DNA of 62,666 nt, the filler included, from Pseudomonadota bacterium (GTDB lineage: Bacteria > Pseudomonadota > Alphaproteobacteria > Paracaedibacterales > CAIOTO01), in NCBI GenBank assembly GCA_040387495.1. It is 4 parts of 3 records of this genome, joined end to end, with 100 filler letters (N's around TTAATTAATTAA, not from the genome) between each part and the next. Parts side by side here need not be neighbours in the genome. Positions count along the whole stretch, not along the records: positions 21,389 to 49,100 come from JAZKDQ010000013.1; 3 more parts are not named here. One strand, written 5' to 3'. How positions within the stretch are numbered: position 1 is the stretch's first letter; every line of letters begins with the position of its first letter. The position numbers and the translations under genes are program-made. Shown here piece after piece: positions 31,083 through 41,880 of the stretch. The notes below the pieces were generated by a model. The model worked only from the letters and a program-made list of their open reading frames with translations, did no database searches and had not been told where the DNA came from.

Positions 31083-32126
31083 ATGTCGCCTTTATCCATA
31101 ACAATAACTCAGCTGTGCAAATCTGTCCCCGTTGGTGATGGGTCGCTTGCTATTTTATCCGACGTGTCGCTTAACGTTCGTGCATCATCGATCACTGCAT
31201 TAATTGGGCGGAGTGGTGCTGGGAAAAGCACACTTCTTCGATGCCTCAATGGTCTTGATACGATTGATTCTGGACAAATTTGCATGACGCCAAAAAGTGA
31301 GACAAAACAGCGTTTAGATATCGCTATGATCTTTCAGGCATATACCCTGCTTAGCCGTAGAACTGTATTGCAGAATGTATGCTTACCAATTACGTTACAG
31401 GGTGTGACTCTTACCGATACATATACACAAAAGGCGATGCAACTATTAGCCGAAGTTGGCTTATCCGATAAAGCAGATAGCTATCCATCCCAGCTAAGCG
31501 GCGGGCAACGTCAACGAGTTGCCATCGCACGTGCGCTAATGCTTGATCCTGGGCTTTTGCTATGTGATGAATTGACATCTGCGCTTGATCCAAAAACAAC
31601 CGTCGAGATTCTGGCGCTACTTAAACGCGTTAACAAAGATCATGGCGTTACAATTGTTTTAGTGACACACGATATGGATGTCGTGAAAGAAGTCGCTGAC
31701 ACAGTATGCGTTATGGATAACGGTCACATTGTTGAGCAAGGATCGGTCATTGATGTATTAATGAAACCAAAACACACTATTACGCGCCAGTTAATTGATG
31801 CAACTACTGGCGGAGCACTACCTGCGTTTATATCGGATCGCATTCAAGCTAATAAAACGCCTCATGCTGATGTTGTCCTTAAATTGATTTTCACTGAAGA
31901 ATCATCGACAAAACCCATCATTGCAGCCGTCGCGAAAACATTTAACGTATGCTTTAGTATTATTGCAGGGTCACTAGACAATCTATCTGACGAGCAAGCA
32001 AATCATATGTTCGGGCATTTGTGGGTTTCATGCACGGCTAACGATAAATTAGATGCTGCCATTCATTATATGACTGATCATGGTGTCGGTGTTGAAACAT
32101 TAGGGTTCATATCATGGGAACAATAA
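31083..32126 (+). CDS. metN: Methionine ABC transporter ATP-binding protein
   Basis: GRSGAGKST, YPSQLSGGQRQRVAIARAL, CDELTSALDP, C-terminal NIL domain. Confidence 0.9.
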   Translation: MSPLSITITQLCKSVPVGDGSLAILSDVSLNVRASSITALIGRSGAGKSTLLRCLNGLDTIDSGQICMTPKSETKQRLDIAMIFQAYTLLSRRTVLQNVCLPITLQGVTLTDTYTQKAMQLLAEVGLSDKADSYPSQLSGGQRQRVAIARALMLDPGLLLCDELTSALDPKTTVEILALLKRVNKDHGVTIVLVTHDMDVVKEVADTVCVMDNGHIVEQGSVIDVLMKPKHTITRQLIDATTGGALPAFISDRIQANKTPHADVVLKLIFTEESSTKPIIAAVAKTFNVCFSIIAGSLDNLSDEQANHMFGHLWVSCTANDKLDAAIHYMTDHGVGVETLGFISWEQ

Positions 32127-32818
32127 ATTCAATGACAACTGACTTCCTCCTGAATATTAAGGAAATCCTTTTAGGTGCAAAAGGCGCCCTACTCTGGCAT
32201 GGCCTCAATGAAACGCTATTCATGGTAGCGGTATCAACGGTATTAGGCATCGCCATCGGTTTACCACTTGGTATGGCATTATTTGCCTGCAGTCCAAAAG
32301 GAATCCGCCCGAATCGTACTCTGTTCGAAGGGATGAGCTTTTTTATCAACTCTGCCCGGTCAATCCCCTACATTATTTTAACGGTATTACTTATCCCCCT
32401 TACACGCATGTGCATTGGAACATCCATCGGTACCATGGCAGCTATTTTCCCATTAACGCTCGCCGCTATTTTACTAATTGCTCGCGCATCTGAAGAAGCT
32501 TTTTTAAATCTGCCCCGCACGTTTACAGAAATTGGGACCAGTATGGGTGCCTCTCCGTTGCGCATTTTTTTGGTGATTCTATTACCCGAAGCATTGCCAG
32601 GCCTTGTCGTTCAACTAACAACCATTATCATTAATTTGGTTGGTTTTTCAGCAATGGCTGGCACGGTTGGCGGCGGCGGTTTGGGTGACCTTGCAGTCAG
32701 GTATGGTTACCAACGCTATGATACAGCACTGATGATCGCGATTGTGGTGGTGCTGATCGCGCTAGTACAGGTAGTCCAAAGCATTGGAAATGGCGTTGCG
32801 AGACAGATTAGGAAATAA
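32114..32818 (+). CDS. metI: Methionine ABC transporter permease
   Basis: RSIPYIIL, LLPEALP, SAMAGTVGGGGLGDLAVRYGYQR. Confidence 0.92.
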   Translation: MGTINSMTTDFLLNIKEILLGAKGALLWHGLNETLFMVAVSTVLGIAIGLPLGMALFACSPKGIRPNRTLFEGMSFFINSARSIPYIILTVLLIPLTRMCIGTSIGTMAAIFPLTLAAILLIARASEEAFLNLPRTFTEIGTSMGASPLRIFLVILLPEALPGLVVQLTTIIINLVGFSAMAGTVGGGGLGDLAVRYGYQRYDTALMIAIVVVLIALVQVVQSIGNGVARQIRK

Positions 32819-32830
32819 GAAAATTTTTCT

Positions 32831-34963
32831 TTAAACCTGCCCCAAGTTGCGTATCTTAATCTTGGGGTGCACTTCGGCTTGTGAAATAATAATCGTAGAT
32901 GGTCGTGCACGGTCCAAAATACTGCGCACAAACGGCCGCACAGATGCACTTGTCACCAGCGCTGGCGTTTCGCCCATCATCGCCACACGATCATATCCCT
33001 GACGAACTTTGCCTATAAAGTCTTGAATCATGGACGGTGGCATTGCTAGTTGACGATTTTCATAATCACCAATTAGATTTTCGGTAAAGTTTTGCTCCCA
33101 CAATGGCGATAGGGTAAAGATTGTCAGCTGACCATTCTGATCAGCATTGGCAAAGCTAATCTGACGCATTAACCTTAGCCTGACATGTTCAGTAATCATT
33201 GTCATATTACGTGACATTGAACTACCTTCTGCAACGCCTTCAAGAATTGTATTCAAGTCGCGAATTGAAACGCGCTCACCAATCAGATTTTGCAAGACGC
33301 GCTGTATACCGCCCACGGTAATTTGCCCCGGCACAATGTCATTCAATAGTTTTTTATAACCATCACTCAAATTTTCTAATATATGTTGCGTGTCCGCGTA
33401 TGAGAATAATTCTGTAATATTGTCTTTTGCGATTTCGGACAAATGCGTAGTTAGAACAGTTGGTGCTTCAACCAATGTATATCCTAATTGTTCAGCCTGC
33501 GTACGTTTATCTTCGGTAATCCACATAGCTTTAAGTCCAAAGCTTGGCTCTGTTGTTTCTTCACCCGACAACGTAATGGGATTGCCCCTTGGATCCATAA
33601 TCAGAATTTGATTGCAACGCAAATCTCCACGTCCAGCTTCCATTTCTTTGATACGAATGATGTACGAATTTGACGGGAGTTGCATATTATCTTGCAAACG
33701 AATAGATGGTAAAATAATGCCCATATCAGTGGCCAATGTTTGGCGTAATATTTTAATTTGATCAGTCAGGCGATTGCCTTTTTCTTGATTAACAAGTGAC
33801 AATAATCCAAGACCAAGTTCAATACGGATAGTGTCAATTGCAGGTGCTCTTGTTAGGGTCTCAGCAGCTTTGGCTGTTGATTTGTCACTTAACAAGCGTT
33901 CTTCAGTTTCTCTATCTTCGATCACTTTTTGGTTAATCTTTTCTTGTTGCTCTTTAAAAGTAAACCAGCTGCCTGCGCCTGCCAGTAATGCAATTATTAA
34001 AAATGGGAACATAGGAATACCTGGTAAAAGAGACATCGTACCTGATAAGAAAGCACTCATTCCAAGTGCTGATGGATAAGCACTCAATTGCCCAAACAAT
34101 GCTTTATCCGTTGTTCCTTCAACACCACCCTTAGATACTAAAAGACCCGCCGCTGTTGATACAATAAGTGCTGGAATTTGCGTTACTAAGCCATCACCAA
34201 TAGTCAGCAATGTATACATTCGCGTCGCATCAATAAAATCCATCCCGTTTTGCACAACACCAATAATGACACCACCAATAATATTAATGAACGTAATCAA
34301 AAGGCCCGCAATAGCATCACCACGAACAAACTTAGCCGCACCATCCATCGATCCATAAAAATTACTTTCACTTTCAAGCTCTTTACGGCGTGCTTTAGCT
34401 TCCATTTCATTAATCAACCCCGCGGAAAGATCCGCATCAATCGCCATCTGTTTGCCAGGCATTGCATCCAAACTAAAACGCGCAGAAACTTCAGCAATAC
34501 GGCCAGAACCTTTTGTGATAACCACAAAGTTAACGATAATCAAAATCGCAAATACGATAAGCCCAATGACAAAGTTACCTCCCATAGCAAATTCACCAAA
34601 GGCAGCAATGACTTTTCCGGCGGCATGACTTCCTTCGTGACCACGCGAAAGAATTAGACGGGTAGACGCCACATTAAGCGCAAGACGAATCATCGTCGAC
34701 ACCAAAAGAACCGTTGGAAACGAGCTAAATTCTAATGGCTTTACAATAAAAAGGGATGTCATAAGAATGAGAACAGAAAGTGTAATTGAAATAGAAAAAC
34801 AGAGGTCCAACAAAACACTTGGCATTGGCATGACCAAGATGACCATAATGAGGATGATACCAAATGCAAATGCAATATCTGTATTTCGTGTCAGAATCCC
34901 AAAGTTAAAAGAACCAAATGGATTTATGGTACTTCCTGCTTTTGCTTCAATTATGTCTGCCAT
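32831..34963 (-). CDS. flhA: Flagellar export gate protein FlhA
   Basis: RIAEVSARFSLDAMPGKQMAIDADL and FYGSMDGAAKFVRGDA. Flagellar context. Confidence 0.97.
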   Translation of the reverse strand: MADIIEAKAGSTINPFGSFNFGILTRNTDIAFAFGIILIMVILVMPMPSVLLDLCFSISITLSVLILMTSLFIVKPLEFSSFPTVLLVSTMIRLALNVASTRLILSRGHEGSHAAGKVIAAFGEFAMGGNFVIGLIVFAILIIVNFVVITKGSGRIAEVSARFSLDAMPGKQMAIDADLSAGLINEMEAKARRKELESESNFYGSMDGAAKFVRGDAIAGLLITFINIIGGVIIGVVQNGMDFIDATRMYTLLTIGDGLVTQIPALIVSTAAGLLVSKGGVEGTTDKALFGQLSAYPSALGMSAFLSGTMSLLPGIPMFPFLIIALLAGAGSWFTFKEQQEKINQKVIEDRETEERLLSDKSTAKAAETLTRAPAIDTIRIELGLGLLSLVNQEKGNRLTDQIKILRQTLATDMGIILPSIRLQDNMQLPSNSYIIRIKEMEAGRGDLRCNQILIMDPRGNPITLSGEETTEPSFGLKAMWITEDKRTQAEQLGYTLVEAPTVLTTHLSEIAKDNITELFSYADTQHILENLSDGYKKLLNDIVPGQITVGGIQRVLQNLIGERVSIRDLNTILEGVAEGSSMSRNMTMITEHVRLRLMRQISFANADQNGQLTIFTLSPLWEQNFTENLIGDYENRQLAMPPSMIQDFIGKVRQGYDRVAMMGETPALVTSASVRPFVRSILDRARPSTIIISQAEVHPKIKIRNLGQV

Positions 34964-35114
34964 ATCATGCCTTTGTATGTTGTGTCGATTTAGTATACTC
35001 GCTCCTCAGCTTTCCTCGGACTCAAGGCTATGCCATGGCGAGTGTGCGGAAAATCGAGTCCCCTAGTCACGTCAGAGGGAAACTAAGAAAAGGAAAATAG
35101 ATTTCTATCACTCA

Positions 35115-36527
35115 TCACATGGCCTTCTGTTCTTGCATTTTATGATTCAAATCCTGAATTGATGCGAAATTCTCAGACTCATTGAGGCTTTCATTATATT
35201 CCTTTAATTTATTACGAAGCGTTCGGATGGAAATACCTAAGATCGTTGCCGCATGAGTACGATTACCCAAACAATGATCAAGTGTTCCCATAATCAAATC
35301 ACGCTCCATATGAGCTACAGTTCGTCCAATATAAATATGGGTTCCATTCTCATCGTTTTCATTTTTACGTTCTCCGTTCAATTTATGAGCATTAGCAGCA
35401 TCATTGCCAATCTCAGGAACATCAAGATTAGCAAGATTAAGACCAAAGATATCTTCTGGCTCAATAATTTCCTGGCTGAGCAAAACAGCACGATGCATAA
35501 CATTCTCAAGCTCACGCACATTTCCACGCCAGCTATGTTTTCTCATTAACTCATGTGAGCGATCTGACATTGTTTTTACTGGCAGATGATTTTGTCCACA
35601 ATATTTGGTAATAAAATGTTCAGCCAAAGGAATAATATCCTGCGGGCGCTCTTTAAGCTGGGGAATATGCAAATTAACGACATTAAGCCTAAAATATAGA
35701 TCTTCACGAAATTCACCTTTATTGATAGCATCCAGCATATCGCGATTTGATGTCGCCAGAATACGAATATCGATTGAAACTGGATGCACCCCACCCACAC
35801 GATCAATGACACGTTCTTGAATAGCGCGGAGTAGCTTGGCTTGCAAACGAGGATGCATTTCACTAATTTCATCAAGCAACAATGTACCGCCACTTGCTTC
35901 TTCAAATTTACCAATACGTCGCGCAATTGCCCCTGTAAAAGCACCTTTCTCATGACCAAAAAGCTCTGATTCCAAAAGATTTTCAGGAATTGCAGCACAA
36001 TTAATTGTTACAAATGCTTTCTCAGCACGCTTCGAATGCAAGTGAATATACTTTGCCATCACTTCTTTACCTGTGCCTGACTCTCCTGTTAAAAAGACAG
36101 AAGCCTCGCTTGGTGCAATCTTGTCAGCAAGGGCAAGTAATGACTTCATCGATGGATCGTTAAATATAAATGCTGATTTTACTTCTGCAACGGCGCTAAT
36201 AACTGCTGCAATCAATTCTGGATCAGGTGGAAGCGGCAAATACTCTTTTGCGCCAGCCTCAATCGCTTCTCCTGCTAGCTTTGGATTTGCATCAACACCA
36301 CATGCAACGACAGGAGTACATATACGCTCACTTTCAATGGCACGTAAGAAGTGGGGGACATTTAACAAAACATCAACAAGAACAAGATCTGCCCCTTTAC
36401 CGGCTCGTAATGCGTTTAATCCTTCATCAAGTGTCAGGACCTGTGTGACTTTTGCTCCCTTTTTAATAGCAATATGAGCTGCAATTGTAGCATGACCTTG
36501 AAGTGATCCAATGATGAGTATGCGCAT
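35115..36527 (-). CDS. flbD: Sigma-54-dependent flagellar response regulator FlbD
   Basis: Receiver domain, GESGTGKE, GAFTGA, Fis-type HTH (GISIRTLRNKL). Lies after fliN as in Caulobacter. Confidence 0.85.
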   Translation of the reverse strand: MRILIIGSLQGHATIAAHIAIKKGAKVTQVLTLDEGLNALRAGKGADLVLVDVLLNVPHFLRAIESERICTPVVACGVDANPKLAGEAIEAGAKEYLPLPPDPELIAAVISAVAEVKSAFIFNDPSMKSLLALADKIAPSEASVFLTGESGTGKEVMAKYIHLHSKRAEKAFVTINCAAIPENLLESELFGHEKGAFTGAIARRIGKFEEASGGTLLLDEISEMHPRLQAKLLRAIQERVIDRVGGVHPVSIDIRILATSNRDMLDAINKGEFREDLYFRLNVVNLHIPQLKERPQDIIPLAEHFITKYCGQNHLPVKTMSDRSHELMRKHSWRGNVRELENVMHRAVLLSQEIIEPEDIFGLNLANLDVPEIGNDAANAHKLNGERKNENDENGTHIYIGRTVAHMERDLIMGTLDHCLGNRTHAATILGISIRTLRNKLKEYNESLNESENFASIQDLNHKMQEQKAM

Positions 36528-36531
36528 AAAT

Positions 36532-36942
36532 TTAGCTCCGATCTGATTTGATAATTTCAGTCATTGTTACACCAAGATGATCATCAACAACGACAACCTC
36601 GCCACGTGCAATCAAACGATTATTTACATAGATATCAATAGCTTCACCTACACGTCTGTCCAGCTCAACTACAGCGCCTCGGCCTAGCTTTAATAATTGA
36701 TGAACAGGCATAGTGCTGCGGCCCAGTACAGCTGAGATTTGAACGGGCACATCATAAACTGCCTCAAGGTCTCGAGTGCTAGCTTGACCACGACCAGACC
36801 TACTTGTTGTTCCTTTTAATACCTCTTGAGTATTTTCTTCTTCATTTTCATATGAGTTTTCTTTTCCATCTAACTGTCCAAGAATATCATTCATATTATT
36901 TTCTGATATTCCTGAATTGTTGTTTTCATTATCATCTATCAT
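36532..36942 (-). CDS. fliN: Flagellar motor switch protein FliN
   Basis: DVPVQISAVLG, LGRGAVVEL, IARGEVVVV. Confidence 0.95.
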   Translation of the reverse strand: MIDDNENNNSGISENNMNDILGQLDGKENSYENEEENTQEVLKGTTSRSGRGQASTRDLEAVYDVPVQISAVLGRSTMPVHQLLKLGRGAVVELDRRVGEAIDIYVNNRLIARGEVVVVDDHLGVTMTEIIKSDRS

Positions 36943-37595
36943 AATGTTTTTTCCTTATCTAAATTTGGCGATTGTATAAATTGTGCAAATATGTTTTGAA
37001 TACTATCAAGAAGATCTGGCTGGCTCCATCTCGCACCGCCTCCCTTCCATTCAATACGGCATTCCCATTCTTTCAATATGTCATCGACATGTAACGTTAT
37101 TTTATTTGGAATACAACTTTGGATAGCAGCAATGCGTTCATAAATATCTTCTTTTGTACTTGCTGCTAAAAAAATAGAAACATCTTGATGATCCAAAAGT
37201 GTTGATAGAATATAACGAATGGCATGTTCTATTTCATCCACACCATATTTATTTGAATAATGCGGAAGAACTTTTTTTACAATTGTTTCCACAAGGTTAA
37301 TAACCGTATTTGTCAATGCTTGATCATAGATATATTCCTGCTTTAGCAACGAATTAACATCTTCATATAGTTTAATAAATGCAGCTTCAGCATGTTTTTT
37401 ACTTTTCGTTAACGCTCCTAATTCACCATGAACCGCACCCTCTTCAAGGCCACGCGCCAAACCTTCGGCGTAACTTTTAGCCTGCGTATTTCTAATATCT
37501 TCATCTAGATTCAACTGAATTTCGTCTCTTTGCGATGCAGTCTGAACATTCTTCGCATTGAAATCTATATTAAAAACACATTCTTGATTTTTCAT
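36939..37595 (-). CDS. fliH: Flagellar assembly protein FliH (FlbE-like)
   Basis: AEGLARGLEEG GxxxG repeats, CRIEWKGGG, and position between fliG and fliN. Confidence 0.75.
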   Translation of the reverse strand: MKNQECVFNIDFNAKNVQTASQRDEIQLNLDEDIRNTQAKSYAEGLARGLEEGAVHGELGALTKSKKHAEAAFIKLYEDVNSLLKQEYIYDQALTNTVINLVETIVKKVLPHYSNKYGVDEIEHAIRYILSTLLDHQDVSIFLAASTKEDIYERIAAIQSCIPNKITLHVDDILKEWECRIEWKGGGARWSQPDLLDSIQNIFAQFIQSPNLDKEKTL

Positions 37596-37601
37596 AATTG
37601 T

Positions 37602-38621
37602 CTATCCTATCAACTGATCGCCATCATCATTACCAGAAGCAATAAAGATTAAATTCTGTGAGGCAAGATCTTTAGCAGCAAGAACAATAATACTTTGTGC
37701 CTCCTCCACATCACGAAGCCTCACCATTCCAAGCTGTTTGATATCATCTTCCATCAATTTAGAAGCACGTTCAGACATGTTTGATAAGAAGAGTTCCTTA
37801 ATATGCTCACTACTTCCTTTAAGAGCTAGAACCAGTTTTGCTTTATCCACATTGCGTAATAAGGTTTGAATGCCTGCATTATCAAGTCTTGCAAGATCAT
37901 CAAACGTAAACATTAAGGTTCGTATACGTTCAGCTGCTTCAATATTTTTTTCTTCAAGTGATCGCATGAAGCGCGATTCATTTGCACGATCAAAGTTATT
38001 AAAGATTTCAGCGACCAATTCATGTGTATCACGTTTAGCGCCACGTGCAAGATTGCTCATAAATTCATGTCGAAGCGTATCTTCAACCGTGGTCATTATT
38101 TCTTTCCGAACTGTTTCCATATTAAGCATACGTTGCACAACCTCAATAGCAAAACTTTCAGGTAATATCGTTAAAATCCGAGAAGCATTAAGCGGTTTAA
38201 TTCGAGTTAGGACAACAGCTACTGTTTGTGGATATTCATTTTTAAGGAAGCTCGCAAGCAAATCTTCACTCACGTTATTTAGTTTATCCCAAAGTGTACG
38301 TCCAGCAGGGCCCCTTATCTCTTCCATAATTAAGTCTGCTTTTTCTTGGGATAAAGCAGCAACAAGCAAACGTTCTGTACTATCAATCGAACCAATAAGT
38401 GAACCTGTTGAAGACATTTCATTAACAAAATCAACCATTGTCGCGTCAACGTACATTGATTTTACTGAGCCTAGGTTCACCATTATCATTGAAAGTTCGC
38501 GAATTTCATCAGCATCTAACATGCCAAAAAGTTGCAATGTAAGTTCATTTGGCAATGACAACATCATAATTGCTGCTTTTTCAATCCCTTTAAAACTTCG
38601 ATCTTGTGCACGTTCTGGCAT
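37602..38621 (-). CDS. fliG: Flagellar motor switch protein FliG
   Basis: KAAIMMLSL, EYPQTVA, MFTFDDL, NMSERA. Confidence 0.96.
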   Translation of the reverse strand: MPERAQDRSFKGIEKAAIMMLSLPNELTLQLFGMLDADEIRELSMIMVNLGSVKSMYVDATMVDFVNEMSSTGSLIGSIDSTERLLVAALSQEKADLIMEEIRGPAGRTLWDKLNNVSEDLLASFLKNEYPQTVAVVLTRIKPLNASRILTILPESFAIEVVQRMLNMETVRKEIMTTVEDTLRHEFMSNLARGAKRDTHELVAEIFNNFDRANESRFMRSLEEKNIEAAERIRTLMFTFDDLARLDNAGIQTLLRNVDKAKLVLALKGSSEHIKELFLSNMSERASKLMEDDIKQLGMVRLRDVEEAQSIIVLAAKDLASQNLIFIASGNDDGDQLIG

Positions 38622-38660
38622 GATTTATAACTTTCTTGTGTAACTACTCTGTATTAATTA

Positions 38661-40307
38661 TTAGTCGGAATGAATCCAGGTGCGCATAATAGCAACGGCC
38701 TCAGCTGGATGCTTTTCAATAATTTCACTAATTTTCTTGATTGAAGACATATTCACTTGCCCTTCAAGATGCTCAATGTCGATCATGTCCCCAATTCCTT
38801 TCTTTTTATTAATTTTATACCCGTCAATTTCCTCTTCATCATCTTCACCATACACATCCTCTGAATTTGATAACAAATTACCGCGCTTTCCATTTTTTGA
38901 ATTTACCGGCGCACTACTCAAACCAGAAATCTTTAAAACAATTGGCTTAATCAAACCAAAAAACAAAAGAATCCCCACACCAAGCAACATCAGCAACTCA
39001 AGTGTTTTAGGCCTAAAAATGGCATCTGTTACTTTTGTGAGAAGATCAACTTTTTCGTCAGGAACAATTGTTTCGCTAAAGCGCATATTAACAATCTTAA
39101 TTGTATCACCTCGATCTTCTTTAAATCCGACAGCCGTCTTAACAAGATCAGTGATTTGTGTGATTTCTTCTGCTGCTCTCGGTGAATAAGCATCTTTACC
39201 ATCAGCGCCTTTTTTATACGTACCATCAACCAAAACAGCAATGGATAATCGTTTAACCGAGCCTGATTCTTTAATGTGCGTGCGCGTTGTATTTGAAATC
39301 TCAAACGATGTGTTTTCGTCCGTTCGTGTCGCTTGATTTTTACTCTGGTTTCCTCCACCAGCCGCTACCTCAGGCAATGCATTTTGTACAGTGATCGCAT
39401 CTGCAGCAGAAGCTTCATTTCCATTAGAACCTTCACTTGAGTTTTGCGTTGAACGTGCAACCTGTCCCTCAGGATTAAATTCAATAGATGTTGAGGTGAT
39501 TTTATCAAAATCTAACTCCGCACTTATCTCCGCACGCGCACGACCAGGCCCTAATGTTCTCTCAAGCAAAGACTCAATCGACCGAGACAATTTTCCTTCA
39601 AAATCATGTCGTGTTTCTTGCTGACCTGCAGCAGAATCTCCACCAAACTCTGTTCTGTCTTGGCCTTTTGCGAGTAGAGTTCCTTTATCATCAATGATAG
39701 AGATCTTATCAAGCGATAAATCTGGAACAGCTGACGCAACAAGATGTTGTATCGATAGAACTTGGTTTACTGATAAGCGTGATGCTCCCTTCATTTTAAT
39801 AACGATAGAAGCGCTTGGTGATGATTTTTCTTGTGTGAAGAGCTCTCTTTTTGGAATCACAAGATGGACACGCACAGAGTGAACGCCTTGAATTGTACGA
39901 ATAGACTTTGCAATCTCCCCCTCGGTTGCACGAAGAAAATTAATATCCATTAAGGCGTGTGTTGTTCCTAAAACATCCGTTTTATCAAAAATCTCGTAAC
40001 CAATTGTTCCACCTGCTGGCAATCCATCCGTTGCTAATTCCATTCGCAATCTTGATATTTGATCCACAGGAACATAAATTTGATTAGATTCGCCCTTGAC
40101 TTCCATTGGAATATTCATTGATCGCAATCGATCTATAATTTTTCCACCATCACTTGGATCAATTTGAGAAAAAAGCAGCCCCATTTCAGGTTCATGCGTA
40201 CGGACAATAAGAATAATAAAAAAAACGATGCTTGCAAGAAGGGTGCCAGCAATCGATGCAGCACGTACAAAACCAATTCTTTTTATAAAATCCATTAGTG
40301 CGTCCAC
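38661..40307 (-). CDS. fliF: Flagellar MS-ring protein FliF
   Basis: GYEIFD, VRVHLVIP, PSASIV, IKRLS-like VKRLSIAVLVDG, AVGFKEDRGD. GTG start. Confidence 0.96.
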   Translation of the reverse strand: MDALMDFIKRIGFVRAASIAGTLLASIVFFIILIVRTHEPEMGLLFSQIDPSDGGKIIDRLRSMNIPMEVKGESNQIYVPVDQISRLRMELATDGLPAGGTIGYEIFDKTDVLGTTHALMDINFLRATEGEIAKSIRTIQGVHSVRVHLVIPKRELFTQEKSSPSASIVIKMKGASRLSVNQVLSIQHLVASAVPDLSLDKISIIDDKGTLLAKGQDRTEFGGDSAAGQQETRHDFEGKLSRSIESLLERTLGPGRARAEISAELDFDKITSTSIEFNPEGQVARSTQNSSEGSNGNEASAADAITVQNALPEVAAGGGNQSKNQATRTDENTSFEISNTTRTHIKESGSVKRLSIAVLVDGTYKKGADGKDAYSPRAAEEITQITDLVKTAVGFKEDRGDTIKIVNMRFSETIVPDEKVDLLTKVTDAIFRPKTLELLMLLGVGILLFFGLIKPIVLKISGLSSAPVNSKNGKRGNLLSNSEDVYGEDDEEEIDGYKINKKKGIGDMIDIEHLEGQVNMSSIKKISEIIEKHPAEAVAIMRTWIHSD

Positions 40308-40357
40308 AAAACATGCCTTTTCTAGTACTCTTGTTAACTAAAATACAGCACAAGTTT

Positions 40358-40391
40358 TAAACAAAAGGTTAACAGACAGGCAAATTTTGCC
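40358..40391. promoter_or_regulatory. fliF promoter region: CtrA-like box plus ftr-like (FlbD) palindrome
   Basis: TAAA-CAAAAGG-TTAAC (40358-40373) next to GGCAA-ATT-TTGCC (40379-40391). Confidence 0.55.
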
Positions 40392-40546
40392 GGAATAATA
40401 AATTTTTTAGGGAAAAAAATACCATATTCTATGAATTAGAATGAGGAAGAACATCAAACAAAAATAAATTCTAACTTGTATGCAGTAAAAATTGACATTA
40501 GTATGAGGGTTGAAATAATGAACAAAAATCCACCAAGCTTATCCGG

Positions 40547-41797
40547 ATGCGGAATAGGGGAACTCTTTTTATGTCAAACATTCTAAATATTTTTAAAAGT
40601 CTACCAGCTCAATTAATTTTATGCCTTATTGTGGGACTGACGCTTGGCACACATATTCCACTCGAAATTGCAGATATATTGTATACCATTAGCTGCCTTA
40701 TCAAAGATCTGCTTATGTACGCGCTACCTTTTATTATTTTTAGCTACATGTGGGCTGCACTTTCCGCGTTTGGCAATCGTGGATTTGTTCTCGTTATACT
40801 GACATTCCTTTTAATCGTTGCTGCAAACACTGTGGCATTATTAACAGCTTATGGCATTGGATCACTCATTTTACCGACTATTATTGACGGTGCAATTACA
40901 CGCCTTACTATGGACAATGCTGTTTCAGTCACATGTTTGTGGTCAATTCCCGACTGGCAATATATAAAGCCAGTTCATGGGATGATGTTAGGGATGCTTT
41001 TTGGTTTCTTAACAATGGTTACACACTCGCCCATGCTGCGTCATAAAAGCCTTTACATGCGCGATTTAGCAACGTCAGGCCTAAAAAAAGGATTCATTCC
41101 TGTATTGCCGCTTTATGTCTTGGGATTTGTCATGAAGCTGTCCCGTGACGGCCAGCTTGGCAATTTGATGCATGGCTATGCACACACATTTTTGTTCATT
41201 TGCGTCCTTATTATTGCGTATCTTGTATTTTGGTATTATGTAGGTAGCTGTTTTAACATTCAAAAATGCATAAGCAGCCTTCGCGAAATGCTACCAGCAG
41301 GGATTACTGGCCTTACAACAATGTCTAGCTCAGCCGCAATGCCTGTAACTCTTGATGCGACAGAGAAAAACATTGATGACCGTGAGTTTGCCGACTTTAT
41401 TATCCCAACCAGTGTGAATTCACATTTAACAGGTGATGGATTAAGTATTACGTTAACAGCAATGGCGTTATTACTAATGTCGGGACAAGGCTTGCCGACA
41501 TGGCCTGTATTTTTGCTTTATACCATGCATTATTGTCTGGTGAAATTTTCGGCAGCAGGTGTTCCTGGTGGTGGCGTAATTGTTATCTTGCCGGTTGTGC
41601 GCGATTATCTAGGGCTAGACGAGGCCACAACATCATTGCTTGCGACTATATATATGCTGCAAGATCCTATTTTGACATCTGCCAATGTCATGGGTAATGG
41701 TGCCTTTGCGATGGTTACGCATCGGCTGTTAAAGCCAATGTTAGGAAAAACGGAAGAGCAAGCAGATGAAATGCACGTGTCCCTAGCAAAACGATAA
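40547..41797 (+). CDS. Dicarboxylate/amino acid:cation symporter (GltP-like)
   Basis: TTMSSSAAMP, AAGVPGGG, DPILTSANVMGN. True start may be ATG 40571. Confidence 0.9.
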   Translation: MRNRGTLFMSNILNIFKSLPAQLILCLIVGLTLGTHIPLEIADILYTISCLIKDLLMYALPFIIFSYMWAALSAFGNRGFVLVILTFLLIVAANTVALLTAYGIGSLILPTIIDGAITRLTMDNAVSVTCLWSIPDWQYIKPVHGMMLGMLFGFLTMVTHSPMLRHKSLYMRDLATSGLKKGFIPVLPLYVLGFVMKLSRDGQLGNLMHGYAHTFLFICVLIIAYLVFWYYVGSCFNIQKCISSLREMLPAGITGLTTMSSSAAMPVTLDATEKNIDDREFADFIIPTSVNSHLTGDGLSITLTAMALLLMSGQGLPTWPVFLLYTMHYCLVKFSAAGVPGGGVIVILPVVRDYLGLDEATTSLLATIYMLQDPILTSANVMGNGAFAMVTHRLLKPMLGKTEEQADEMHVSLAKR

Positions 41798-41880
41798 TAA
41801 AAAGTCTTCAATTTTATATATTACTAATATGAATCACTACTGACACAATTATATTATGTAATGATGATGTTAGTTATTTT

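Noticed and set aside
37870..38643. 257-aa ORF on the + strand
   Set aside because: Antisense shadow of fliG, Ser/Ile-rich, with no recognisable motif.
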